64,000 bases of DNA from Candidatus Binatia bacterium (GTDB lineage: Bacteria; Desulfobacterota; Binatia; Bin18), in contig CAXXHG010000036.1 in the NCBI GenBank assembly GCA_963666315.2, positions 73,830-137,829 on the forward strand, read 5' to 3'. Made by a program: the position numbers and the translations under genes. The notes beneath the pieces were generated by a model. The model searched no databases, had not been told where the DNA came from, and saw only the letters and a list, made by a program, of their open reading frames with translations. Shown in pieces: positions 37,372 to 47,011 of the stretch. Position 1 is the first letter of the stretch. Each line of letters starts with the position of its first letter.

Positions 37372-38802
37372 TTAGTTGCTCGGAAATCCAACGTAGGAAA
37401 AGTCTGTCGGCTGGCCATTAATCCCCCGCGTCGGTTGGGCTATCCACGTAGCCATGGCACCAGGCGCAGTCACCGGCTGCATAAGAGAGGTCACAAATTC
37501 GTGATCGCTTGCAGTCGGCAACCAATCCGAGACGTGATCGGCCCAAACTTCTTTGCTCACAATTTCCCCTTCGGGCGAGACACACACAGCGGCAAAAGCA
37601 CCAATCTGGCGGTAAAACCCCCGATGCGGCAGGGTGAGCGTATAATCGAGGCCATGTTGGTCAAGCACTTTATTCCATCGATCCAGGCCGCGCTGGGTGT
37701 CGGTGATGTAATCGTCACGCAAGCGTTCATTGATAGCCAGCAGTGCCGGTTGCTCTTCACACACAATGACCTCGTCTTTGGGCACATAGACCGGCCAGGT
37801 TGTGTCCACGAGCCGGTGGTCGTCGCTGATACGTGTTTCGCGGTAGCGGCCTTTCAAGCCAGTCGTAAAATAATTAGCCGCATTGGTCGAACGCTCCTGG
37901 CCGAAGAGGTCGATCGAGATACTATAGTGAAAGTTGATAAAACGCTGCAGCGTCAGCAGGTCTATCGCCCCAGCCGCACGGATACGTTCCGGGTCATCCG
38001 TCTTGAGCTCATTCATGCGTTCACACGTGCGTTGGACGATACGCATGATGCCGGCTTCGCCTACAAACATATGATGCGCTTCTTCGGTCAGCATGAATTG
38101 ACACGTGCGGGCCAAGGGATCGAAGCTCGATTCGGCCAGCGAGGCGAGCTGATACTTGCCATCTCGATCCGTGAAGAAGGTAAACATGAAGTAAGCCAGC
38201 CAATGCGGCGTCTTTTCATTAAAAGCGCCCAGAATGCGCGGCTTATCCTGATCGCCCGAGTGACGCTCGAGCATCATCTCCGCTTCTTCGCGTCCATCCC
38301 GACCGAAATAGGCGTGCAGCAAATAGACCATGGCCCATAAATGGCGGCCTTCTTCTACGTTGATCTGAAACAAGTTGCGCAGATCGTATAGCGACGGGCA
38401 GGTGGAGCCGAGCTGGCGTTGCTGTTCGACTGACGCCGGCTCGGTATCGCCTTGGGTCACAATCAGCCGACGCAGCGAACTGCGATATTCGCCTGGGACC
38501 TCCTTCCAGGCCGGCTCTCCAAGATGGTCACCAAATGAGATCGTCCGCTCTGCCTGAGGCGGGGCCAAGAAAATGCCCCAGCGATAGTCGGGCATTTTGA
38601 CATAGCCAAAATGCGCCCAGCCGTCGGACTCTACACTGATTGCGGTGCGCAGATAGACGTCGAAGTCTTGCGCCCCCGCTGGCCCCTGGTCGTTCCACCA
38701 ACGTAAATAATTCGGTTGCCACGACTCCAGCGCCCGTTGTAGACGGCGGTTGTCAGCCAGCGCGACGTTGTTCGGAATCCGCTCATTATAATCGATAGGC
38801 AT
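37372..38802 (-). CDS. boxB: Benzoyl-CoA 2,3-epoxidase subunit B
   Basis: IPNNV, VKMPDYRWG, QGDTEPASVEQQ, EEGRH, EEAHH diiron motifs. Confidence 0.96.
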   Translation of the reverse strand: MPIDYNERIPNNVALADNRRLQRALESWQPNYLRWWNDQGPAGAQDFDVYLRTAISVESDGWAHFGYVKMPDYRWGIFLAPPQAERTISFGDHLGEPAWKEVPGEYRSSLRRLIVTQGDTEPASVEQQRQLGSTCPSLYDLRNLFQINVEEGRHLWAMVYLLHAYFGRDGREEAEMMLERHSGDQDKPRILGAFNEKTPHWLAYFMFTFFTDRDGKYQLASLAESSFDPLARTCQFMLTEEAHHMFVGEAGIMRIVQRTCERMNELKTDDPERIRAAGAIDLLTLQRFINFHYSISIDLFGQERSTNAANYFTTGLKGRYRETRISDDHRLVDTTWPVYVPKDEVIVCEEQPALLAINERLRDDYITDTQRGLDRWNKVLDQHGLDYTLTLPHRGFYRQIGAFAAVCVSPEGEIVSKEVWADHVSDWLPTASDHEFVTSLMQPVTAPGAMATWIAQPTRGINGQPTDFSYVGFPSN

Positions 38803-38805
38803 GCC

Positions 38806-40524
38806 TTATACCCTTTGTTTATTGAAACGACTCTTTTCGCCTGTCCCATACAGCGTGAGCGCCCCATCGTTGCCCACGGCATTCGGCCTTTGGAAGATCC
38901 AGTTCTGCCAGGCACTCAAGCGGCCGAAAATTTTGGTCTGCATGGTTTCTTGACCGGCAAAACGCAGGCTGGCCTCCATGCCAGTCAGCGCGTCCGGTGA
39001 GAAACTTGCCCGCTCCTCTATAACCAGTCTGACCTCATCCTCCCAATCGATGTCATCCGGAATAAAAGTCACCAGCCCGAGCGACTCTGCGGTCTCGGCA
39101 TCAAGGTCTTGTCCGATGTGAACTTGCAATGCAGCAACACGATCCGAGTCGGCAGGAAAACGGCTCTCCAGACGTGTTAACGCGTTTGCCATAGGCAGCG
39201 GCCCAAAATTCAGCGGCGTTAAACGAAGGCTGGCTGGAGGCAGATCACTGTCTTCAAACCTGCCGGCCAACATATATGATCGATCAGCCGCCAAGACCAA
39301 CTCCAATAAGCTCCCGACAAAGCAACTGCCGGGCTCAATCAGAGCAATCAGACTGCGCGCGCTCACGTCCAAGCGCTGCAAAATCCGCTTGAGGTAGAGA
39401 ATGATCTCACGCACCAGCCAGTCGGTGTGATGCTCACCCAGGAGCGTATCCACGGCCTCGACTAAGGCTGAATCTCCGGTTGTACGAAATACCCACGTCC
39501 CAATATCGCCCTCGTTGAGTCGTAAGTGCAGAATAGCGTCGTCGAGTTCACGCGCCAGGGCCAACGGCCAAAAATCGGCACCTGCGGCATGGATGGCTTC
39601 CAGCGATTGTGGCACTGCTTCATGTGGTGCGGAAATCGTGAACGACGCGGTCCTCAGATCACGATCAATTGTGATCTGTACATGATCGTAGTGAACGGCA
39701 TTCGGCTCCAAAGACCGCGACAGCGGCGTTAAGACAATCCCCGTCGCGTCAGTGGGTCGATCCGACTGGGCGACGAATGCGCGCGCGCGCGCTTGGACGA
39801 TCTCCTCGAAGCCTGAGCGTGGGGCCAGCTCGTCGACAAACTTCCACTCAAGCGCCCGTTTGCCGCGTATGCCCTCAGACCTGGTACAAAAGAAATCGGC
39901 ATGATCACGCCGCACATAACGTTTGTCCACCAGACGGGTCAGTCCGCCCGTGCCGGGCAGGACGGCCAAGAGGGGCAGCTCAGGCAGAGACACCGCACTT
40001 GATCCGTCATCAATGAGAATAATGTATTCACAGGTGAGAGCTAACTCGTACCCGCCACCTGATGCCGCTCCGTTTAGCGCACACAGATAGATCTGCCCGG
40101 AATACGCACTCGCGTCTTCAATGCTACCCCGTGTTTCATTGGTGAACTTGCAGAAATTTACCTTATGCGCGTGTGACGATTGGGCCAACATTCTTATATT
40201 CGCACCGGCACAGAAAATACGGGGTTTATCCGAACTCAGCACAACGGCGGCGACTTCAGGATGCTCGAAGCGTAAGCGCTGAACCGCGTCATAGAGTTCA
40301 ATATCGACCCCAAGATCGTACGAGTTGAGTTTCAACTCGTAGCCGGGAACGAGTGGCGCATCTTCTTGCACATCCATCCTCAAGCTGGCTACACGTCCAT
40401 CCAGCGTGAGCTTCCAGTGCCGATAGGAGTCCGGATGGGTCGCGAAATCAATACGACTTTCCGTGCTCATTTCTGTACTCGTGGAAGACGCCTTTTCTGC
40501 CTGCCGTACATCACGCGTATCCAT
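38806..40524 (-). CDS. boxC: 2,3-epoxybenzoyl-CoA dihydrolase
   Basis: LKLNSYDLGVDIEL, VNFCKFTNETR, SPDALTGMEA, LSAWQNWIFQRPNA; alternative start 40470. Confidence 0.95.
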   Translation of the reverse strand: MDTRDVRQAEKASSTSTEMSTESRIDFATHPDSYRHWKLTLDGRVASLRMDVQEDAPLVPGYELKLNSYDLGVDIELYDAVQRLRFEHPEVAAVVLSSDKPRIFCAGANIRMLAQSSHAHKVNFCKFTNETRGSIEDASAYSGQIYLCALNGAASGGGYELALTCEYIILIDDGSSAVSLPELPLLAVLPGTGGLTRLVDKRYVRRDHADFFCTRSEGIRGKRALEWKFVDELAPRSGFEEIVQARARAFVAQSDRPTDATGIVLTPLSRSLEPNAVHYDHVQITIDRDLRTASFTISAPHEAVPQSLEAIHAAGADFWPLALARELDDAILHLRLNEGDIGTWVFRTTGDSALVEAVDTLLGEHHTDWLVREIILYLKRILQRLDVSARSLIALIEPGSCFVGSLLELVLAADRSYMLAGRFEDSDLPPASLRLTPLNFGPLPMANALTRLESRFPADSDRVAALQVHIGQDLDAETAESLGLVTFIPDDIDWEDEVRLVIEERASFSPDALTGMEASLRFAGQETMQTKIFGRLSAWQNWIFQRPNAVGNDGALTLYGTGEKSRFNKQRV

Positions 40525-40525
40525 A

Positions 40526-41356
40526 CTAACCGAGCGAGGCGAGCTTGTCTTTCTTCCGTTTGGACCGGGCTGGGTGTGGAGATTTCTTTTGCGCCAAATT
40601 GACATCCGCAGCTGTTTTGCTCAGATATGCGTCACCGGCAAGCGCGTGATCTGAGGAAGCCAGGCAGACCTGTTGCCCCTCCAGATACGCACACAAGAAA
40701 TCCGGATAGGGCAGATCATAACACTGCACGAGTAATTTCTTGGATTCGCGAAACGCCGCCGGCGCAGTATGAATAAACATATCAGCGGTAGCGGTCAGCG
40801 CCGTATCCAAGCTTTTCGGTTTAACAACCTGGTCCACCAAACCCCATTCCAGCGCCTGCTTGGCCCGGATCTGTGAAGCGGCTAAGGCGAGCAGCCGCCC
40901 GCGTCCCAGGCCCACAGCGCGCGGCAGGCGGAAGGTGCCGAGGCCAGGAATAATGCTATGCCGGACAGCCGTAAGGCTGAAAAAGGCGTTGTCAGCGGCG
41001 ATGCGCATATCGCACGTCCGGCTAAATTGCAGACCGCCGCCTATGCACGTTCCATGGATGCCGCAAATCAGCGCTTTGTCATACATGGTCTCAAAAAGGC
41101 GCAGCGTCGCTTCCCATTCCCGAAACCAAGACAGTTGAATCTCATCTTGCGCAACCGCCTTGAGATCGATACCGGAACAAAACCCCTGCCCGGCTCCAGT
41201 CACAATGACGGCGCGAATGTCCTTGGCCTTGGCGAGCGCTTTGCCAACAGCGTGCAGTTCTTTGACAAAGCCCGCGTCTGTGTCGTTCACGACTTCAGGC
41301 CGGTTGAAAATCACCCGTGCAATGGGAGGATCTTTTTTAAGAATAATCCGTTCCAT
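40526..41356 (-). CDS. Enoyl-CoA hydratase/isomerase family protein
   Basis: FNRPEVVN, FCSGIDL, GTCIGGG; first gene of the box operon. Confidence 0.85.
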   Translation of the reverse strand: MERIILKKDPPIARVIFNRPEVVNDTDAGFVKELHAVGKALAKAKDIRAVIVTGAGQGFCSGIDLKAVAQDEIQLSWFREWEATLRLFETMYDKALICGIHGTCIGGGLQFSRTCDMRIAADNAFFSLTAVRHSIIPGLGTFRLPRAVGLGRGRLLALAASQIRAKQALEWGLVDQVVKPKSLDTALTATADMFIHTAPAAFRESKKLLVQCYDLPYPDFLCAYLEGQQVCLASSDHALAGDAYLSKTAADVNLAQKKSPHPARSKRKKDKLASLG

Positions 41357-41409
41357 AGTCTGTATCGTGCTGTATCCTGAACGATCTTTATATTTCTATT
41401 TTTAAGCGC

Positions 41410-41438
41410 TATATATATTTGCTGTTATACAAAGTCAA
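41410..41438 (-). promoter_or_regulatory. Putative sigma70 promoter of the ech-boxC-boxB-ligase operon
   Basis: Minus strand TTGACT-N17-TATATA in the AT-rich divergent spacer. Confidence 0.5.
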
Positions 41439-41474
41439 GCAAAATTTTCGGCTTTGACATAAGATTCATACGCT

Positions 41475-42365
41475 ATGCGTCCGCGTTCATTACTCTTTAC
41501 GCTGTTTGGTGATTTCGTACGTTATTATGGTGGAGAAATTTGGGTCGGCAGTCTCATCCGATCGATGCAAGAATTTGATATCTCGTCTCAGGCCGTCCGG
41601 GTTGCGCTCTCGCGCATGGTTGCGGATGGCTGGCTACAGAATCGCAAGGTCGGCAAGAAGGGCTACTATGGACTGACAGCCCAAGGCGCACGTCGGCTGG
41701 CCGAAGGCGCACGTCGGATCTATAAACTCGAAAACCCCGCCTGGAATGGAGAGTGGTTGCTGGTCACCTATACGATTCCGGAAAAGCGAAAAGCTCAGCG
41801 TGAGACCTTCCGGCGTGAGCTGGCCTGGACCGGCTTCGGCCAGTTAGCCAGCAGCGTCTGGATCAGTCCGCGTGACTTACGCCCCCAGCTACTCGATCTC
41901 AGCCAGAGATATGACCTTGGGCAGCATATCGACTTCTTCACTGCGCATTACCACGGGCCGGACGAGAGCCGCGGACTGGTTGAAAAATGTTGGGACTTGG
42001 CTGCTATCCAACACGGCTATAGCGAATTTATCAGTGTCTATCGGCGCAAGCTGGCCCAGCAGCAACGCATGCCGGATGCAGTCTGTTTTCGCGAGGAAAT
42101 CCAACTCATCCATGCCTATAGAAAATTTCTCTTCAGCGATCCCAGCCTGCCGGACGAACTCTTACCCAAGCGCTGGCTCGGCCACGCTGCCGCCCATTTA
42201 ATGCGAGAGTATTATCGCCACATCTCGCCGGCTGCCCATCGTTTTTTCGAACGAATTTTTGTTGGACATCCAGAGACCAGCACTCCTCCCTCCCGTCATC
42301 CCGGCCGGCCGCGCCTCGACCCGTTCGCCGAAGAGCTACGTCGTCAGCAGATTATGGGAACATAA
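41475..42365 (+). CDS. paaX: PaaX-family transcriptional repressor
   Basis: RSLLFTLFGD, VRVALSRM, WNGEW, LAWTGFG, CWDL, YRKFLFSDPSLPDELLP. Confidence 0.9.
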   Translation: MRPRSLLFTLFGDFVRYYGGEIWVGSLIRSMQEFDISSQAVRVALSRMVADGWLQNRKVGKKGYYGLTAQGARRLAEGARRIYKLENPAWNGEWLLVTYTIPEKRKAQRETFRRELAWTGFGQLASSVWISPRDLRPQLLDLSQRYDLGQHIDFFTAHYHGPDESRGLVEKCWDLAAIQHGYSEFISVYRRKLAQQQRMPDAVCFREEIQLIHAYRKFLFSDPSLPDELLPKRWLGHAAAHLMREYYRHISPAAHRFFERIFVGHPETSTPPSRHPGRPRLDPFAEELRRQQIMGT

Positions 42366-42370
42366 TATTC

Positions 42371-42541
42371 CTCAATCAGACCTCATGAGATTCGTACACA
42401 ACCATGACAATCAGTGCTTGCACGAGGAGGCATTCCTCTGCCCGCCGCCGCCCGGCGATAAAGTCGCCAGGCGATAAGAGAGCGCCCCATCTAATGGGGC
42501 TAGCCGGCTTGAGCCGGCGTCGTTGTGTAGCCCGGAACTTC
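42371..42541 (+). repeat. ~170-bp dispersed repeat with internal hairpins, copy 1
   Basis: Aligns with 49796..49966 (ccgcccggcgataaagtcgcc; gcttgagccggcgtcgttgtgtagcccgga). Confidence 0.85.
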
Positions 42542-42625
42542 CGCTGCAGTGTACGAGCCATTTTTTTTTGTGGTAGAGTCTTTGCATCAATTCCAAACTG
42601 ACTTGAACTGAGGCAGCTGACTATT

Positions 42626-43111
42626 ATGCATTCCACCGCAGGGCCAAGCGCTGAAGAATTACGTACGGCTTTGCATGAAGCCGTAGACTGGGTGGCGTCC
42701 TATCTGCAACACGTCGGCGATAAGCCCGTCCTGGCTCAAGTGTCTCCCGGTGTAATTGCGGCAAGACTCCCTCAGGCTCCGCCCGAGCAGGGTGAATCGC
42801 TTGAGGACATTCTGCAAGATCTCGACCGTCTCATCCTGCCCGGTATCACCCACTGAAATCATCCCGCCTTTTTCGCCTATTTCGGGATTAGCGGCTCAGG
42901 CCCCGGTATTGTGGGAGAACTGATCTGTGCCGCACTGAACGTGAACGCCATGTTGTGGCGCACCTCGCCCTCAGCCACCGAGCTTGAGCAGCGCACGCTG
43001 CAGTGGGTGACAAACATGCTAGGTCTGCCACGCGACTGGTTTGGCGAAATAACGGATACCGCATCGGCCTCAACCTTATACGCGCTTGCGGCGGCACGCG
43101 AGGCAGATTGA
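42626..43111 (+). pseudogene. PLP-dependent aromatic-L-amino-acid decarboxylase, N-terminal fragment
   Basis: ILPGITH*NHPAFFAYF (TGA at conserved Trp, 42854), WRTSPSATELE, DTASAST; truncated at ~43110. Confidence 0.85.
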
Positions 43112-43643
43112 ACATCCCGCCACCCATTTCCACGGCCGCGTTTTGAATGAATGTGGAGCCGATGATAATGGGATTCCCTTCTGTGTTGTACATGCCGCCG
43201 CCCCGGTCGGCAGCGGTGTTTCCGGTGAAAATGCAATCGATCACCGTCGGGCTAGTCCCACTGTTGAACATCCCACCGCCCTCATTGGCGTTGCCTCCGG
43301 TGATCGTGAATCCTTGGAGAACGGTGTCAGCCCCCTCGCCAGTAACACATTGGACAACAGAGCCGCTCAATCCTGACCCATCGATGGTCGTGACCTGTGG
43401 TCCGTCGGCGCTGCGCAGCGTGATCCCCTTGCCTTTGAAGTCGATCGTCTCCACATACGTACCCGCTGCGACCACGATCACGTCCCCTGGCAGTGCCGCG
43501 TCAATCGCGGCTTGGATCGTGGTGTGATTCATCGGAACGTTGGTGGTTACGCCTTGGGCAAATGACTGGCTCAGGAGACAATAACACACCCAGGTACGGA
43601 CAAACGAAGAAGGTCCTGAACGGCAGAAACTGCCAGGCCCCAC
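43106..43643 (-). pseudogene. Right-handed beta-helix repeat protein, C-terminally truncated
   Basis: TIQAAIDAA, GTYVETIDF, GFTITGG, repeated GGGM(F/Y)N...SP; collides with the decarboxylase fragment. Confidence 0.7.
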
Positions 43644-43891
43644 TCACCAAGGCCACTCATTGCATAGAGAGAAGAGAACTGTCAACCCTGAGCGTGGGGT
43701 CCGAGCACAGGGTCCACCCAACGGTTCTGGTGCAAACAGTTCTAGGCCATGCGAGTGCAGGCGTATGGCCTCGTTCTGCCAGAACTCTGCCCTCTAACGA
43801 ACGTGAGGGATACGGCCCCACAGCGATACAACAGGAAAGCGGCGTGGCGTTCAGCCGGCGCCTAAGACGGCCGTTGTAGCCCGTTTGTTTG

Positions 43892-45133
43892 CTAGGGCGC
43901 TTTTTCGGGCTCGGACTCTTTTTCCGGCTCGGGCCGTTTCTTCAGCCGCACGCTGACGCTGGCCGGGTCCATGCCCGCCACCTGCAGGCCCAACGGAACA
44001 TTCACGTCTTGGGCAGTCAACGGATAGCGGCTTCTGCCGGCGCTGGCGCTCGACAAATCCACCTGTGCGCGCAGTCGGCGGGGGTCGAGCAGCGTAAGTA
44101 ATTCTCCCGAGCCGCGGAGTCTAAGGTAGACCTCCTGGGTGTTCTTACCCGTCATATCGAGGTTACCTGGGATATTGTAATAGACCACGGGAATGGTGAA
44201 ACCGATTTCGGTGTTCTGCGGGCCGACCAGGACGAGCCATAAGACACACACTGTTGCCAGGGCACCCGCCTTGGCCCGCACATTGGAAAAGATTGCGCCG
44301 CGCCACCAACTTTGGACATCGCCTCCCCCTTCTGCCCCCGACAGCCGCGAATTCAGCCAGTCGAGCAGCTCTGACGAGCCGGGCAGGGTCACCATGCCAC
44401 CATGGTCTACCACAGACACGGCTCCTCGCTCCTCTGAAATGACGACAGCTAGGGCGTCTGAGCGTTCGGTAATACCCAGCGCCGCTCTATGCCGGGTGCC
44501 GTAGATATACGGCAAGGAGCGGGTTTCTGACAGCGGTAAGATACATCCGGCGCGACACACCCGTCCATTCCGAATATAGACGGCACCGTCATGCAAAGGG
44601 CTGGCCGGCGTAAAGAGATTTTCGAGCAGCAACGCACTCACCTGGGCATCAACCAGGACACCGCGGCTGCGCAATAAGGACTCAAGGGGATCGCTACGCT
44701 CTAGGACGAGCAATCCGCCGCACTGCTTTTTTGCCAAGGCAAAACACGTATCCGCGATAGTGACCAGGAAATCGGCAACTTTTGGAGCCGAAGAGTTCCG
44801 ACGAAAAATATTCAGGGCGGGCAGGCGGGGATTGACGTGTTCAAGAATCTGGCGAATCTCGGCCTGAAACACGACCACAACAAGGATAAAGGCAGCCGCC
44901 CATATACCGCCCAGCACCCACGTGGTCAAAAACAAACCAGCCAGATTGGCCAGGAAATAAAACATGCCCAGGACGGCCAGACCGGCACCTATCCGGGCTG
45001 CCCGAGTACCACGAAAGCGAATATAGGCCTGATATACGATAAACGCCATAAAGGCGATATCAAGCCCGTCTCGCCAACGGAAGTCCCACCTGAGCCACCA
45101 ATCCGACGCAAGAAAATCAAAAAATGCGGTCAT
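43892..45133 (-). CDS. cdaA: Membrane diadenylate cyclase fused to a YbbR (CdaR-type) domain
   Basis: 3 TM, VVFQAEIR, LHDGAV, GTRHRAALG, SEERG, then TM and YbbR-like (IPVVYYNIP...LRGS...VDLS). Confidence 0.88.
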   Translation of the reverse strand: MTAFFDFLASDWWLRWDFRWRDGLDIAFMAFIVYQAYIRFRGTRAARIGAGLAVLGMFYFLANLAGLFLTTWVLGGIWAAAFILVVVVFQAEIRQILEHVNPRLPALNIFRRNSSAPKVADFLVTIADTCFALAKKQCGGLLVLERSDPLESLLRSRGVLVDAQVSALLLENLFTPASPLHDGAVYIRNGRVCRAGCILPLSETRSLPYIYGTRHRAALGITERSDALAVVISEERGAVSVVDHGGMVTLPGSSELLDWLNSRLSGAEGGGDVQSWWRGAIFSNVRAKAGALATVCVLWLVLVGPQNTEIGFTIPVVYYNIPGNLDMTGKNTQEVYLRLRGSGELLTLLDPRRLRAQVDLSSASAGRSRYPLTAQDVNVPLGLQVAGMDPASVSVRLKKRPEPEKESEPEKAP

Positions 45134-45270
45134 AAGCAGGCATCTTTATGGAGCAGTTTTGACCAAATGACTGCAACTGATTGTATGGCCAATAAGGCGG
45201 AAAAGCAAGAAAAGTCAGACAGATACGGACATTCCGGGGAAAATCCGCTTGCTGGTCGTCTCGCTGCCAT

Positions 45271-45641
45271 CTAGCCCATATAGTTTTCATAAAAAATATA
45301 GTTGGTCGAATAATCACTAAACTCGAAATAGACTTTCTTCTCTCCCGCATCGACCTTGAAGTTCAGGTTCCTGTCCACATAGCCGTAGCCAAATCGATAC
45401 GGTCGGGTCTGGCCGCCGTCCGCGGTTGCCGTTGCGGTACTGATCTTATCGATCTGAATAAACCGCAGCACCAGTTTTTCGCCCGCGTAAATATCCAGCA
45501 ACGCCATCCGTGCCGGTCCAGTTTTGGCTAAGACCGACTTATCCGATTCTGGGCCTCCCGGGTACAGCTGGAGAGCTCTATTCCCGCCCCACACACCACC
45601 ACTACCACCAGCGCGATTCTGATCATTGAATGTTGACCCAT
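45271..45641 (-). pseudogene. Hypothetical lipoprotein split by indels
   Basis: Lipobox LSSC-TREAQNRISRS, then QNWTGTDGV and LDIYAGEKLV...RPYRFGYG in shifted frames near 45530 and 45500; GGAGAGG RBS. Confidence 0.6.
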
Positions 45642-45881
45642 AGTCCTCTCCTTGCCGCGTATTTTCTGCATACGACAGGCTAGCACCCCCTGCGCCTGAA
45701 GCAAAAGTGAACCACTTTGTGTCATAATAGGAACACAGTGACCTGTCTGGCCTGCGTGATATAGACCCCGTACTGAGCAGCCTGAAGAACTGATACGAGT
45801 ACATACAGGACTCGCTGGAAAGTTTTATGTCTCCAAAAGCACTCTATTTGAAGTCCAATTGAAGCCCAAAGCCTCATCCCT

Positions 45882-46997
45882 ATGAATATTCCACTGCTAG
45901 ATCTCAAAGCGCAGTATGCAACAATCCGGGACGATATTCGGGCCGCCATCGACCGCGTTCTAGAATCACAGCAGTTTATTTTAGGACCGGAAGTCGAGGC
46001 ACTCGAACAAGAGATTGCCGCCTATAGCCACTGCCGATATGCTATTGGTCTCTCATCCGGCACGGATGCCCTCCTTGCTGCGCTTATGGCGATCGATATC
46101 CGGCCGGGTGATGAAGTCATCACGTCGCCGTATACCTTTTTTGCGTCAGTCGGCAGCATCGTGCGCGTCGGGGCACGGCCCGTATTCATCGACATTGACC
46201 CGCAAACCTATACTCTTGATCCGGCCCAGATCGCCGCAGCCGTGACCAAGCGGACGCGCGCCATCATCCCGGTCCATCTGTTTGGCCAGATGGCGGATAT
46301 GGATCCGATTCTTGAGATTGCCACGAGCCGAAATCTGTTCATCATTGAAGATGCCGCCCAGGCGTTAGGGGCCGAGTACAAAGGCCGGCGAGCCGGCTCG
46401 CTGGGCCATTGCGGTTGCTTTAGCTTTTTTCCTTCTAAGAATTTGGGCGGATACGGCGATGGAGGCATGCTCACCACCAACGATGCGGATCTGGCGACGC
46501 GGGTCAGGCTCCTCCGGAATCATGGGGCTGGGTCTCAATATCAGCATAAAATTGTGGGTGGGAATTTCCGTCTAGATGCCATTCAGGCGGCCGTCCTGCG
46601 GGCCAAACTCAAATATTTGGATGTCTGGACGACGGCCCGCCAACGCAATGCCGATCACTACCGACGGCTTTTCTCTTCCACTCCCAAGCATGCTATCGTT
46701 GTTCCAGTCGAAGCCGAGCACAGGCGGCACATCTATAATCAATTCGTCATCCACAGCCCACACCGAGATGCGCTGATGAGCGCTCTCCAGCGACAGGATA
46801 TAGGCGTTGCAATTTATTATCCGACTCCCATGCACCGGCAACCGTGCTTCGCAGCGCTGGGATATAGACCAGGAGACTTCCCCCACACCGAACACGCGGC
46901 CGCGCACACCTTGGCACTGCCTATCTATCCTGAACTGACCCAGGCGATGCAACACGAGGTCGTACAGGCCGTCATCGATTTCCGTCAGGGAAAATAG
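45882..46997 (+). CDS. DegT/DnrJ/EryC1/StrS family aminotransferase
   Basis: SGTDAL, PVHLFGQ, EDAAQA, SFFPSKNLGGYGDGG, NFRLD. Confidence 0.94.
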   Translation: MNIPLLDLKAQYATIRDDIRAAIDRVLESQQFILGPEVEALEQEIAAYSHCRYAIGLSSGTDALLAALMAIDIRPGDEVITSPYTFFASVGSIVRVGARPVFIDIDPQTYTLDPAQIAAAVTKRTRAIIPVHLFGQMADMDPILEIATSRNLFIIEDAAQALGAEYKGRRAGSLGHCGCFSFFPSKNLGGYGDGGMLTTNDADLATRVRLLRNHGAGSQYQHKIVGGNFRLDAIQAAVLRAKLKYLDVWTTARQRNADHYRRLFSSTPKHAIVVPVEAEHRRHIYNQFVIHSPHRDALMSALQRQDIGVAIYYPTPMHRQPCFAALGYRPGDFPHTEHAAAHTLALPIYPELTQAMQHEVVQAVIDFRQGK

Positions 46998-47011
46998 AAG
47001 AGCATACTAAC

